Sequence record: PQ724393.1
Direction: 5' to 3' (one strand)
Origin: a phage
Length of the DNA stretch: 64,000 nt
The position numbers and the translations under genes were made by a program. Under the pieces are notes generated by a model, which saw only the letters and a program-made list of their open reading frames with translations, did not search any database and had not been told where the DNA came from. This document shows, piece after piece, positions 41,626-52,694 of this stretch (the first letter of the stretch is position 1; each line of letters begins with the position of its first letter).

Positions 41626-41884
41626 ACAGTTCTACCACTTCAGTTTTTTCGTCTTCGAAACGTTCACGAGTGCCTTTATGATACAGTGAGAACAGCTGGT
41701 TAAACATTTTACCGTCGACACCAAGTTCAGTCTTAGCACGGTCTTTGATATCTTTAATTTCATCGCCATAGGCTTCCATTTTTAATTTAGTATCGGAAGC
41801 AGACTTAATCAGTTGTGCCAATGTGTTACCATGTTCTTCTTGATTGAATTCAACTTTCACTTTTTCTTTAGCCATTATATTCAC
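41606..41884 (-). CDS. dsbA: dsDNA-binding protein DsbA
   Basis: 92 aa (T4 89); position. Confidence 0.6.
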   Translation of the reverse strand: MNIMAKEKVKVEFNQEEHGNTLAQLIKSASDTKLKMEAYGDEIKDIKDRAKTELGVDGKMFNQLFSLYHKGTRERFEDEKTEVVELYDTIFE

Positions 41885-41885
41885 C

Positions 41886-42833
41886 TTAATAAAAATCAGC
41901 TACCGTAGCAGTTAGTTTAGACAAACCAGATTTAACGAAATAAGGATAGACTTTAGATTTCGAAGGTTTGTTATACGTATTATATCTTTCGGTAATTAAA
42001 GCAACAATATCATCTGGAATAAAGTCCATATCAATTAAGATTTGGTTTTCACAGAAACGTTCATATTGTTCCTCAGTAAGAAGTGTTTTAATTATATCAT
42101 GGTCATAATAATTCAGAGCAATTGCTTCAAGTTCCTTGGCACGAGTGCTAGGAGTACGTTCGCCTTCAACCATAGTCAACCAATAATCACCACGAACTTT
42201 AATACTTGCAACGTTATCCTTGCGGTCGCCTTTAACAACCTTAGTTACACAATCAAGCAAGGCATCACCGGATTTTGTTTTGACGAATTTTTTCTGCATT
42301 GGAGACCATTGTTTTACACCAGGGAATTTATGAAGTTGGGTAAAGTCACCATCCGAAGAACCGATCATAACAGGATGACCTAAAGCCGTAAGGATACGAG
42401 TCAATACAGCAATATGGTCATCAGCCTCGATTGTATCGATATTCATAACAATATAAGGCATATTATGTTCAAGCTCATCAACAATAATATGCATTGCCGT
42501 GAATAAACCTTCCCAATCAAATGGTGATTCATCACGTGCCTTAGCACGGTTTTTCTTATAATAAGAGGAATAACGACGGCGCCAATAACCTGATTTAGAG
42601 TTATCAACACAAATGATTAGTTGGTTGTAACCTTGTTTACGGAAGTCTTTAATGTTTTTCTTAATTGAATTCAACACGAGGTGTCGAAGCATTGCTGTGG
42701 TTACTTTAGGAAATCCAGCGTTTTCACCAAATTCTTGGAAGGCCGCCGCCATAATGATTTGGCTGAAATCCAGGAGTAAAAATCCGTCTTTTTGTTGGTC
42801 TTCTTCAGGAAGTAAAAAATCTAAATCGTTCAT
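41886..42833 (-). CDS. rnh: RNase H (5'-3' exonuclease, FEN family)
   Basis: start moved to internal ATG with RBS; CVDNSKSGYWRR...YYKKNR...SSDGDFTQLHK matches T4 RNase H. Confidence 0.85.
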   Translation of the reverse strand: MNDLDFLLPEEDQQKDGFLLLDFSQIIMAAAFQEFGENAGFPKVTTAMLRHLVLNSIKKNIKDFRKQGYNQLIICVDNSKSGYWRRRYSSYYKKNRAKARDESPFDWEGLFTAMHIIVDELEHNMPYIVMNIDTIEADDHIAVLTRILTALGHPVMIGSSDGDFTQLHKFPGVKQWSPMQKKFVKTKSGDALLDCVTKVVKGDRKDNVASIKVRGDYWLTMVEGERTPSTRAKELEAIALNYYDHDIIKTLLTEEQYERFCENQILIDMDFIPDDIVALITERYNTYNKPSKSKVYPYFVKSGLSKLTATVADFY

Positions 42834-42900
42834 ATGAACCTCTGTCCAATTAGTGTAGAGGTTCATTATATCATGACCCTAGAAGAAGTAAACACTTTGC

Positions 42901-42908
42901 TATAAATA
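42901..42908 (+). promoter_or_regulatory. late promoter TATAAATA for gene 34
   Basis: exact box 33 nt upstream of ATG 42941. Confidence 0.6.
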
Positions 42909-42940
42909 GTTCTATACCCTGAAAACGAAAAGGAAATAAA

Positions 42941-45900
42941 ATGGCCGATATTTTAAAACCTGCATTCCGTGCTACATCCGGACTCGATGCTGCGGGCGAG
43001 AAAGTTATCAATGTTGCCAAAGCCGATTACAATGTATTAGATGATGGCGTCAACGTTGAATTCTTTATAGATGAGAACACCATCCAGGCGTACGACGAGA
43101 CGCGCGGATATAAGAATGGGTTTGCCGTAATCCATGACCAACGTATCTGGGTTGCTCAACGTGATATCGCTGCACCAGCCGGAACTTTTGTACCTGGTTA
43201 TTGGACCGCTACCCGTACCGACCCTAAATGGATTACCGTAGCGTCTCCTACACGCCAGCTGGCTTCCGGTGAATATATTGCGGTGGATTCTGCTGCTAGC
43301 TTTACTACATTTACCCTGCCTCCGAACCCTACTGACGGTGATACAATCGTAATCAAGGATATTGGTGGTCGTGTAGGTTATAATGAAATTAAGCTCCAGT
43401 CTAGTTCTGCTCCAGGCGGCGGTAATCAGAAAATTGTTCGTTTTGGTAATCAGTTCACTGAGACCTTAATTACGAAGCCTTTTTCTTATAATATGATTAT
43501 CTTTGCCAACCGTTTATGGCATTTCTGGGAAGCAGCTAATGAAGAACGTGGTATTCGTGTAGAACCGAACACCGCTCAGTTCCAATCACAAGCGGGTGAT
43601 AACGTTTTGCGCCGTTATACTTCAGGTGCAGTAATTAAGTTTACTCTTCCTAAGTATGCGAACCAAGGTGATATTATTAAAACCGTTGATATCGATGGTT
43701 TAGGAAGTAAGTTCCACTTAATTGTAGAAACGTTTGATGCTTCGTCTGCATTAGGTAAACCTGGGCAGCATAGTATGGAATTCCGTACCTCCGGCGATGG
43801 ATTCTTTGTTTATAACTCTACCGAAAAATTATGGTATGTTTGGGACGGTGATCGTCAAACTCGTTTACGCGTAATTCGTGACGATGTTGAACTCTTGGCT
43901 AACGAAAGCGTTATTGTTTTTGGTCCTAATAACACGACACCACAGACAATTAATATCACATTACCTACAGGCGTAGCCCAGGGTGATGTAGTCAAGATTG
44001 CTCTGAACTATCTCCGTAAAGCTCAGACGGTAAATATTAAGGCCGCTGTAGGAGATAAAATAGCTTCTTCGGTTCAATTGCTCCAGTTCCCTAAACGTTC
44101 TGAATATCCGCCAGATACTGAATGGGTATTGAATGATGTATTGACCTTCAATGGTAACTTAAGTTATACTCCGGTTATTGAACTGAGTTATATTGAAGAC
44201 TCCACTACAGGTGGCAAATATTGGGTTGTTGCTCAGAACGTTCCTACTGTAGAACGTGTAGATTCTAAAGATGATTTAACCCGTGCTCGTCTTGGTGTTA
44301 TTGCTCTGGCGTCTCAGACCCAAGCAAACGTCGACCATGAAAATAATCCTGAAAAAGAACTGGCTATCACCCCACAGACTTTAGCCAATCGTGTAGCTAC
44401 CGAATCACGTCGTGGTATTGCTCGTATTGCTACTACTGCTCAGGTAAACCAGAACACAACTTTCGCGTTCCAGGACGATTTGATTATTTCTCCTAAGAAA
44501 TTAAACGAACGTACTGCAACCGAAACTCGTCGTGGTGTTGCTGAAATTGCTACGCAAGTTGAAACTGATGCCGGTGTTGATGATACAACCATTATCACTC
44601 CTAAGAAGCTACAGACGCGCCAGGGAACTGAAAGCCTGTCTGGTATAGTAAAATATGTATCTACCACAGGAACCACTCCTGCGACTTCTAGAGCAACTGT
44701 AGGTACTAACGTTTATAATAAGAACACAACTACTTTAGTTATTTCTCCTAAAGCTTTAGACCAATATAAAGCCGATCAAAATAACCAAGGTGCTGTATAT
44801 CTTGCTACGCAAGCCGAAGTTAATGCGGGTGCTACTAACCCAGGTTTTAGTAACTCGGTTGTCACACCTGAAACATTGGGTGCTCGTCGTGCTACTGATA
44901 CTAATCATGGTTTAATTGAAATTGCTACGCAAGCAGAGACTGATACTGGAACTGATTATACTCGTGCGGTAACGCCTAAGACGTTAAATGACAGGAATGC
45001 TACTCAAACACTTACTGGTATTGCTCGTATTGGTACTCAAGTAGAATTTGATGCAGGTGTATTAGATAATGTTATTTCAACTCCGTTGAAAGTTAAAACA
45101 AGATTTAATGATACTGCTAGAACTTCTGTCTCAGCAGCCAGTGGTTTGATTGAATCAGGAACCTTATGGAACCATTATACACTAGATATCCGTGAAGCAA
45201 GTAATACTCAACGTGGTACAGCTCGTTTGGCGACCCAAACTGAAGTTAATACTGGTACCGATGATAAAACAATCATCACTCCGCTTAAGCTTCAAGCTAA
45301 AAAGGCTACCGAAAACGCTGAAGGTATTATCCAACTCGCTACTCAGGCCGAAGTTATTGCGGGTACGATAAGTAATAAAGCGTTTAGTCCCAAGCATTAC
45401 AAATATGTCGTCCAACAGGAAAAATCCTGGGAAGCTACTTCTGCTCGTAGAGGATATGTTAAATTAACCACAGGTACCGCCACTTGGGAAGGCGATGATA
45501 CTAATGGCTCTGTTGCTAACCTGGCTAAATTTGAAGACGATGGTTTTGCTATTTCACCACTTCAGATGAACACCGCATTAACTCACTATCTTCCTATTAA
45601 AGGTAAGGCTTTTGACTCCGATAAATTGGACAACCTGGATAGCTCTCAGTTCGTCAGGAGAGATATCGACCAAATAGTTGAAGGAACATTAACCCTTCGT
45701 AAAAACATCAGAATCGATGGCCAGTTAACTACAGGTGGTACAGGTGAGTTTGGTGGTTCTTTAGCTGCTAATTCTACATTTACTATTCGTAATACAGGTG
45801 CTTCAACTCGTTTGGTATTTGAAAAAGGACCACAAACTGGAAATAACCCGTTTCAAACCATGAATATCCGAGTATGGGGTAACCAGTTTAGCGGTGGAAG

Positions 45901-46840
45901 TAATACAAGTCGTTCTACTATATTTGAAGTTGGTGATGAAACGTCTAATCACTTCTATTCACAGCGTAACGACGCTGGTAATATTACTTTTAGTATCAAC
46001 GGCACAGTTCAACCGATTAACGTTGATGCATCCGGAACATTGAATGCTAATGGTGCGGCGACATTTGGACGTTCAGTGACTGCACAGGGTGAATTCACAT
46101 CTTATAGTTCAAACGCATTTAGAGCAATTAACGGTAATTATGGTTTTATTATTCGTAATGCCGGTAATGACACCTATTTTATGCTCACCGCGGCGGGTGA
46201 ACAGACCGGTGGATTTAATGGATTACGTCCATTAATAATTAATAACCAATCGGGCCAAGTAACTATTGGTGAAAGCTTAATCATTGCCAAAGGTGCTACT
46301 ATAAATTTGGGTGGTTTAACAGTTAACTCGAGAATTCGTTCGCAGGGTACTAAACCTGCTGACCTTTATTCGAGAAAACCTAATGCCGATAATACAGGCT
46401 TCTGGTCCGTTGAAGTTAATGATTCAGCTACATATAATCAGTTCCCTGGTTATTTTGAAATGGTCGAAAAAGTTAACGAAGTAACAGGATTGCCTTACTT
46501 AGAACGTGGTGCAGAGATTAAATCCCCTGGCACATTGACCCAGTTTGGTAATACCCTGAATTCGTTATACCAAGATTGGATTACTTATCCTGCTAATGCC
46601 AACGCACGTACTACTCGTTGGACCCGTACATGGCAGCAAAGTAAAAATGCATGGTCGGGTTTTGTTCAGGTGTTTGATGGCGGTAACCCTCCTCAACCTT
46701 CTGATATCGGCGCCCTTCCGGCGGATAACGCTTCGATGAGTAACTTGACCATTCGTGACTGGTTACGTATTGGTAACGTTCGTATAGTTCCTGACCCGGT
46801 AACTCGTTCTGTTAAATTCGAATGGATTGATACACCATAA
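42941..46840 (+). CDS. 34: long tail fibre proximal subunit gp34
   Basis: 1299 aa (T4 1289); first large late ORF after rnh. Confidence 0.9.
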   Translation: MADILKPAFRATSGLDAAGEKVINVAKADYNVLDDGVNVEFFIDENTIQAYDETRGYKNGFAVIHDQRIWVAQRDIAAPAGTFVPGYWTATRTDPKWITVASPTRQLASGEYIAVDSAASFTTFTLPPNPTDGDTIVIKDIGGRVGYNEIKLQSSSAPGGGNQKIVRFGNQFTETLITKPFSYNMIIFANRLWHFWEAANEERGIRVEPNTAQFQSQAGDNVLRRYTSGAVIKFTLPKYANQGDIIKTVDIDGLGSKFHLIVETFDASSALGKPGQHSMEFRTSGDGFFVYNSTEKLWYVWDGDRQTRLRVIRDDVELLANESVIVFGPNNTTPQTINITLPTGVAQGDVVKIALNYLRKAQTVNIKAAVGDKIASSVQLLQFPKRSEYPPDTEWVLNDVLTFNGNLSYTPVIELSYIEDSTTGGKYWVVAQNVPTVERVDSKDDLTRARLGVIALASQTQANVDHENNPEKELAITPQTLANRVATESRRGIARIATTAQVNQNTTFAFQDDLIISPKKLNERTATETRRGVAEIATQVETDAGVDDTTIITPKKLQTRQGTESLSGIVKYVSTTGTTPATSRATVGTNVYNKNTTTLVISPKALDQYKADQNNQGAVYLATQAEVNAGATNPGFSNSVVTPETLGARRATDTNHGLIEIATQAETDTGTDYTRAVTPKTLNDRNATQTLTGIARIGTQVEFDAGVLDNVISTPLKVKTRFNDTARTSVSAASGLIESGTLWNHYTLDIREASNTQRGTARLATQTEVNTGTDDKTIITPLKLQAKKATENAEGIIQLATQAEVIAGTISNKAFSPKHYKYVVQQEKSWEATSARRGYVKLTTGTATWEGDDTNGSVANLAKFEDDGFAISPLQMNTALTHYLPIKGKAFDSDKLDNLDSSQFVRRDIDQIVEGTLTLRKNIRIDGQLTTGGTGEFGGSLAANSTFTIRNTGASTRLVFEKGPQTGNNPFQTMNIRVWGNQFSGGSNTSRSTIFEVGDETSNHFYSQRNDAGNITFSINGTVQPINVDASGTLNANGAATFGRSVTAQGEFTSYSSNAFRAINGNYGFIIRNAGNDTYFMLTAAGEQTGGFNGLRPLIINNQSGQVTIGESLIIAKGATINLGGLTVNSRIRSQGTKPADLYSRKPNADNTGFWSVEVNDSATYNQFPGYFEMVEKVNEVTGLPYLERGAEIKSPGTLTQFGNTLNSLYQDWITYPANANARTTRWTRTWQQSKNAWSGFVQVFDGGNPPQPSDIGALPADNASMSNLTIRDWLRIGNVRIVPDPVTRSVKFEWIDTP

Positions 46841-46848
46841 GAGGTAAT

Positions 46849-47973
46849 ATGGAAAGATTTATGGCTGAATTTGGACAAGATTACGTTCAAATTCCTGTAC
46901 TATCTGAAAATAATGCCGTTAGTTATAAACTTAGTATAGCAGGGAGCTGTACTAAGTCTACTAAAAAGGCTTATATCAAATTTCAAGATGAGGACTTCGG
47001 TCCTCAGAATTTCCAATCCGGCCTAAATTTGGTTGAAATAGACCCGACAAATAACACAATAGTAACTACAAAATCATACTCATTTACCAAAGACCATGAT
47101 GTTATTTCCCAAGCGTTTATAACTTATATTTCATCTATACCTGCTGGTAGAATTGTTTGCATTATTTCTTCCGGCAAATTAAACGCCTCACAAGTATTAA
47201 TTGATTGGTTTAGGGCTTCCGGTTCTACAGCATTTCCGGATAAATGGCTTATTGATAAAGTGGATACTTCTTATTCAGCTTTTTATGTTTCAGGAAGAAA
47301 TGCTATTGTAATGGAACATGTGCTTTATAACGATGGCGTTTTGGTAGAAGATGTTTCCACTCCATTAGAAGTCGTTTATGATAACTTTAATGATGTAGGT
47401 GGGACCGGGTTCCCTGTTAGAGTCATTGAAGATGAAAATACTTACTATAGCGGAGCTACTCAAGAAATTAAAAGGTTTCCTACCAATTCCGCCATAACTC
47501 CTTGTGCCGGTTATAATATGGTCCCTGGAGATTTCTTTTATCTTAAATTCCAAATGACCTATGACCAGGCTTTAAAAGATTTGGGGACGACTCAGATGTC
47601 CATACGATTTTTTAATGGCCAAGAAATGCTTCAATCCACTGATATCAATATTCCTGTAGGAGCAGGCTCTCCACCGGCAGGCGCATGGATGACTTTTGAG
47701 CGCGTAATAGAAGTTCCGCCAAATGCCAATGGTTTTACATTATATTGTAGAAAAACTGTCTCAGGCGGAGTAGGAGGTGTTAGGAATGTTATGTTTGGTG
47801 AAATAGCTAGACCTGAAGATACCCCTAAATCCGCTGAAATCGGTGTTAATGGTATTCGTATGAGCTATGGTACCGAAACCCGTTCAATGGGTAATGTTAT
47901 TGCACAATTGAATGACAAATCATCTGGTAACGCAGGTAAAGTATTTGTTCAAGAATTTAAAGAAAAATATTAA
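46849..47973 (+). CDS. 35: long tail fibre hinge gp35
   Basis: 374 aa (T4 372); position. Confidence 0.85.
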   Translation: MERFMAEFGQDYVQIPVLSENNAVSYKLSIAGSCTKSTKKAYIKFQDEDFGPQNFQSGLNLVEIDPTNNTIVTTKSYSFTKDHDVISQAFITYISSIPAGRIVCIISSGKLNASQVLIDWFRASGSTAFPDKWLIDKVDTSYSAFYVSGRNAIVMEHVLYNDGVLVEDVSTPLEVVYDNFNDVGGTGFPVRVIEDENTYYSGATQEIKRFPTNSAITPCAGYNMVPGDFFYLKFQMTYDQALKDLGTTQMSIRFFNGQEMLQSTDINIPVGAGSPPAGAWMTFERVIEVPPNANGFTLYCRKTVSGGVGGVRNVMFGEIARPEDTPKSAEIGVNGIRMSYGTETRSMGNVIAQLNDKSSGNAGKVFVQEFKEKY

Positions 47974-47994
47974 GGGACCGTAAGGTCCCTTTTT
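47974..47994 (+). terminator. intrinsic terminator after gene 35
   Basis: gggaccgtaaggtccc plus TTTTT. Confidence 0.6.
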
Positions 47995-47996
47995 GC

Positions 47997-48004
47997 TATA
48001 AATA
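47997..48004 (+). promoter_or_regulatory. late promoter TATAAATA for genes 36-37
   Basis: exact box 26 nt upstream of ATG 48030. Confidence 0.6.
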
Positions 48005-48029
48005 CGTTATCTAATAAAGAGGAATAACT

Positions 48030-48677
48030 ATGGCTGATTTAAAATTAGGCTCAACCGCCGGAGGTTCCGTTATATGGCACCAAGGCAACTTTCCGCTGAC
48101 GCCGGTATCAAATGATATTTTATATAAAACCTACAAAATCTATACCGAATTTAATAAGCCTCAAGCTACAGATAACGACTTTGTTTCTAAGGCAGCCGGA
48201 GGTACATATAAAGGTACTGTTAATTTTGAAAAAGGTATAACTTTTAACGACTCTGCCGGGTATGCTATTAAATTGGGTGCCAGAGAAGGCGGGCAACCTT
48301 TTACCGCTTCATTTAAGATTAAAGGGTCTTTTGGCCTTGAAACTGAAACGGGGACCCCATTTGTAATCTTCAACCCGAGCACTACAGTAGGAGCTAACCG
48401 TCTTACAGTAATGGGTGATATCCTTGGTCGTCAAATTAAAGACGAATCAGGCCGAGTGTTTTCTCCAGGGAATGCTCCGACAAAAGCCCAGGTAGGATTA
48501 AGTGATGTGGATAACGCAAAACAGGTCCAAATAAATAATAGTAACATACAATCCATGGCTGGTGTTCTTTCAGCCCCAAATTTCATATCTAGGAACCCAG
48601 GTACATTGAACGAACACGTTCCTCGTATTGACCAGGTTGTTCTTAGAGGTACATCTGAAGATTTTGGATATTATTAA
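48030..48677 (+). CDS. 36: long tail fibre distal connector gp36
   Basis: 215 aa (T4 221); position. Confidence 0.85.
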   Translation: MADLKLGSTAGGSVIWHQGNFPLTPVSNDILYKTYKIYTEFNKPQATDNDFVSKAAGGTYKGTVNFEKGITFNDSAGYAIKLGAREGGQPFTASFKIKGSFGLETETGTPFVIFNPSTTVGANRLTVMGDILGRQIKDESGRVFSPGNAPTKAQVGLSDVDNAKQVQINNSNIQSMAGVLSAPNFISRNPGTLNEHVPRIDQVVLRGTSEDFGYY

Positions 48678-48685
48678 GAGGCATT

Positions 48686-51600
48686 ATGGCTACTTTAAAA
48701 TCGATACAATTTAAAAGAAGTAAAATAGCAGGAGCCAAGCCTACTGCAGCCCAGTTAGATGAAGGTGAACTGGCTATTAACTTGCGTGACCGTACCATTT
48801 TTACTAAGTCAGACCAGGGACAGATTATTGACCTTGGTTTTGCAAAGGGTGGTACTGTCGATGGCGATGTAACTATTAATGGGACCCTGAATTTAAACGG
48901 TCCTGAAATTGTTGCCTCTGGTGGTTATATAGAATTTAACTATCGTACGACAGGTAGTGGCTCTTGGGCAGGCCAGCACAGGGCCAAAGCTCCTATTTTT
49001 GCTGATTTAAGTGCGGCTGCATCTACTTCAGAATACAACCCACTGATTAAACAACGCTTTAAAGATGGAACATTTTCAGCAGGCACATTAGTTTCGGAAG
49101 GTAGTTTTAAATTCCACTATATTAATGAAGCTGGTGATTCAAAATATTGGACCTTTAATCGTAATGGTAATTTTCAAGTTGATACCGGTAGTTTAATGGT
49201 ATCAGCAGGTAATATTTCTGCATCAGGCAACATAAATTCGGCTAATGGTATTATCACCGGTCCTGAAATTGTTACCAAAAATATTAATTTCAGTACAAAA
49301 TCATTTGTAGCTAATGCAAATATAGGATACGACTGGGTTTCATTACCTACCTGGGTTTATAATCCTCCTGCTGATGGTTCTGATGATACTACTAACGGTT
49401 TAAACTATTTGCGTAAATTGCGTGCATCAAGTGCATCAAGTATTTTCCATGAAATTGCTGATTGTCGCAAAGGTAAACCACAAGAAATTTCTTGGTGGAC
49501 CGGCGTAGGACCATCGTCTTTCCAATGGGCTTTTGATAACTCTGGACGTATTACCGCAGGTAAATCAATTTCTGTAGGTCTTCCTGATAATGGTACAAAT
49601 GGTCGTTACCCACTAGATTCAGCAATTTCTATTGGTATTGCAATTGGTGATAATGACACCGGTATTAAATGGGTTCGTGACGGCGTTATTGATTTCATGG
49701 CTAACAGTATTTCAACCGCTACCATTTTGAATAACGGTATTAACAGTACTAAAAAATTGACGGTCGGTTATAGCCGTGATTCCGGCTCTACTTGGGATTT
49801 CCCAAATAACAACCAGGCAATGTTTACTGCTCGTACCGATATTGATGGTAATAATAATGGTGACGGTCAGACTCATATCGGTTATAGCAGCAATGCCAAG
49901 ATGTATCACTATTTCCGTGGCACAGGTCGTATGTCTGTTAGTATGGGTGATGGACTTCTTGTTGAACCGGGTATTTTAGATATTAAAACCGGTTCAAATT
50001 CATTAAATTTACGTGCTGACGGTACTGTTGCTTCAACGAAAAGAATTAAACTTGATAATGGATTGGTTCTTACCGGTTCTAGACCTGATGGTATTCAACT
50101 TGATGCACCCACATCAGTAGATGGCACTAAATCTATTTTGTGGGCTGGTGGTACTCGCGCAGGTCAGAATAAAAACTATGTAACTATTAAAGCATGGGGT
50201 AATGCATTCAACTCAACTGGTGATAAAACCCGTGAAACCGTATTTGAAGTTGGAGATGGACAAGGATACCATTTTTATTCACAGCGCATATCCCCTACCG
50301 GAGTTGAAACAGTTGGCCCTGTGATTATTCAAATGGCAGGTAGTTTATTGGCTCGTGGTACGTTAAACACTGATGGCAATCTTTATGTGAAAGGATTAAG
50401 TACACATGAAGGTACTGTGACCATGAATAATGGCCTTCGTTTAACTGGCGGCGCTAATATAAGCGGCCAGGTTAAAATTGGTGGTGTTAACGATGCATTG
50501 AGAATTTGGAACGACCGATATGGTGCTATTTTCCGTCGCTCAGAAACATCATTACATATTATCCCGACCAATGAAAATGAAGGTGAAAACGGTCCGATAA
50601 GCAACCTTCGCCCGTTTAGTATTGAATTAGGTACTGGTGCCATTAATATGGGCCATTCTTTAATGATAGGCAACTCGGCCCGCGGTGATGGCCTGCTGAA
50701 TATTGATACCAAAGCATTCTTGATTACAATTAACAGTCATTCGAAAATTAAACCTAATTATCGTATGGACTTAGAAAACGGTGCTTATATAAATGCTTTA
50801 ATGGATGCAAACGGTCGTTCAGCTGGCGCAGGTTCATTCGCGTCCCAGAATAATGAAAACGTCCGCGCTCCATTCTACATGAATATCGACCGTGATGATA
50901 CCAGCACTTATGTTCCAATGATAAAGCAACGTTATGTTCAGGGTAATGGATGTTTTTCAATAGGTACTTTGTTGAATAATGGCAACTTCCGCGTCCATTA
51001 TCACGCTGGTGGTGACGGTGGTTCGACTGGTGCTCAGATTGCAGATTACGGTTGGGAATTCACTAAATCCGGTGATTTTGTATCTCCACGACGTGTCTCG
51101 GCAGGTGGTTCGGTTTATCTAGGTACGGATGGTAATATCACTGGTGGTTCTGGTAATTTCTCTAACCTGAATACTACTTTAGACCGCAAAGTTACCACGG
51201 GGTGGATTAACTATTCTTCTGAAAGTGGCTGGTATAAATTGGCAACAGTAAATATGCCTCAAGGTGCAGCTACGGTCCAATTTAAAATAACAGGCGGTTC
51301 CGGTTTTAACGTTGGTATTTTTAGACAAGCAACAATTAATGAAATTGTATTGCGTTCCGGTAATAATACACCTAAAGGAATTAACGGTGTTTTATGGCAG
51401 CGCGAAACTGATGCTATTAAAGACATTGCATATATTAATACCTCAGACGATGAGTATGATGTTTATATTAATTGTGGTACTTATTTAAATAGACTTACCC
51501 TAGAATATAGCACTTCAGAAAACGCTTCGGTAGTAGTTTATGGATTATATGGGCCTACGCAATCACCGGTAGAAGAGCTTCCTGTAGATATTGTTAAAGG

Positions 51601-52663
51601 TCGTGTTTTTAAACTTCTTAATAATAGCTCAGATGTTTTTGACGCTGGTAGTTCTAATATTTCTACAAATGCCACCTTTGTTGCTAATACAACTGTAGGT
51701 TTCCGCCATAAATCCAATGGTGATGAAAGTGGTTCTGCCGCTACTCTGTTTTATAATGATGGTACTACGTTCCATATATTATTAACAGATAAGAACACCG
51801 ACACAGATAAAACTAAAGCCTCTGGTTCTAACAACAGTTTAAGGCCTTTTTCTATCAATATTGCTTCTGGTAAAGTAACTATTTCAAACTCTATGAGTGT
51901 TTCTGGTGTTGCAGAGTTTTATAACGGTCTTAATATCAAAAACAATGGAAGCATTAATTTTGATAAGTCTGGTGCGAACCCGAGAAACATGCGTATATTC
52001 CATGCCGGTGATGCTTCACGTGGAAACCGTATTGAAGTTGCGGATGAGTCTAATTACTTAGTTTATTGGGAAAAAACTCCGGGCGGCGCAAACCGTTCTT
52101 CATATAACCAATGTGAAGTTAATGGTATAACTACTCTTAACGTTAATACTAAAGTGAACACCCCACAAATTGGAGCATTTGGTGTTAACACAACTAATGG
52201 ATTTGGTGGTAACTCAATTGTAATAGGTGATACCGATACAGGTTTCAGACAAGTTGGCGATGGACTTTTAGAAGTTTGGACCAATGCCGTTCGCCGGATG
52301 CGATTCCAGAGTGGTGACACTTATTCTGATATGAATATAAATGCTCCAAACGTTTATATTCGTTCGGATATCAGATTGAAATCTAACTTCAAACCTATTG
52401 AAAATGCTCTTGAAAAGGTTGAACAGCTCGACGGTTTAATCTATGATAAAGCTGATTATATTGGTGGAGAGGTTGTTCACACTGAAGCAGGTGTTATTGC
52501 ACAGAGCCTGGAAAAAGTATTACCTGAAGCTATTCGTGAAGTTGAAGATATCAAAGGTAATAAAGTTCTGACCGTTTCGACTCAGGCCCAAGTGGCGCTG
52601 TTACTTGAAGCGGTTAAAACCCTGTCGGCTAAAGTTAGAGAACTTGAAGCTAAATTAAATTAA
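48686..52663 (+). CDS. 37: long tail fibre distal subunit gp37 with C-terminal intramolecular chaperone domain
   Basis: 1325 aa; N-terminus MATLK.IQFKRSKIAG..P.A..L.EGELAINL.DRTIFTK matches T4 gp37; C-terminal ~99 aa begin with SDIRLKSN. Confidence 0.9.
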   Translation: MATLKSIQFKRSKIAGAKPTAAQLDEGELAINLRDRTIFTKSDQGQIIDLGFAKGGTVDGDVTINGTLNLNGPEIVASGGYIEFNYRTTGSGSWAGQHRAKAPIFADLSAAASTSEYNPLIKQRFKDGTFSAGTLVSEGSFKFHYINEAGDSKYWTFNRNGNFQVDTGSLMVSAGNISASGNINSANGIITGPEIVTKNINFSTKSFVANANIGYDWVSLPTWVYNPPADGSDDTTNGLNYLRKLRASSASSIFHEIADCRKGKPQEISWWTGVGPSSFQWAFDNSGRITAGKSISVGLPDNGTNGRYPLDSAISIGIAIGDNDTGIKWVRDGVIDFMANSISTATILNNGINSTKKLTVGYSRDSGSTWDFPNNNQAMFTARTDIDGNNNGDGQTHIGYSSNAKMYHYFRGTGRMSVSMGDGLLVEPGILDIKTGSNSLNLRADGTVASTKRIKLDNGLVLTGSRPDGIQLDAPTSVDGTKSILWAGGTRAGQNKNYVTIKAWGNAFNSTGDKTRETVFEVGDGQGYHFYSQRISPTGVETVGPVIIQMAGSLLARGTLNTDGNLYVKGLSTHEGTVTMNNGLRLTGGANISGQVKIGGVNDALRIWNDRYGAIFRRSETSLHIIPTNENEGENGPISNLRPFSIELGTGAINMGHSLMIGNSARGDGLLNIDTKAFLITINSHSKIKPNYRMDLENGAYINALMDANGRSAGAGSFASQNNENVRAPFYMNIDRDDTSTYVPMIKQRYVQGNGCFSIGTLLNNGNFRVHYHAGGDGGSTGAQIADYGWEFTKSGDFVSPRRVSAGGSVYLGTDGNITGGSGNFSNLNTTLDRKVTTGWINYSSESGWYKLATVNMPQGAATVQFKITGGSGFNVGIFRQATINEIVLRSGNNTPKGINGVLWQRETDAIKDIAYINTSDDEYDVYINCGTYLNRLTLEYSTSENASVVVYGLYGPTQSPVEELPVDIVKGRVFKLLNNSSDVFDAGSSNISTNATFVANTTVGFRHKSNGDESGSAATLFYNDGTTFHILLTDKNTDTDKTKASGSNNSLRPFSINIASGKVTISNSMSVSGVAEFYNGLNIKNNGSINFDKSGANPRNMRIFHAGDASRGNRIEVADESNYLVYWEKTPGGANRSSYNQCEVNGITTLNVNTKVNTPQIGAFGVNTTNGFGGNSIVIGDTDTGFRQVGDGLLEVWTNAVRRMRFQSGDTYSDMNINAPNVYIRSDIRLKSNFKPIENALEKVEQLDGLIYDKADYIGGEVVHTEAGVIAQSLEKVLPEAIREVEDIKGNKVLTVSTQAQVALLLEAVKTLSAKVRELEAKLN
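52364..52660 (+). other. predicted self-cleaving intramolecular chaperone domain of gp37
   Basis: SDxRLKxN Ser-Lys dyad motif followed by a helical C-terminal segment. Confidence 0.55.
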
Positions 52664-52668
52664 GAAAA

Positions 52669-52682
52669 GGGCCTTCGGGCCC
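52669..52682 (+). other. UUCG-tetraloop stem-loop after gene 37
   Basis: gggccttcgggccc, no clear T-run. Confidence 0.4.
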
Positions 52683-52694
52683 TAAGGATTTATT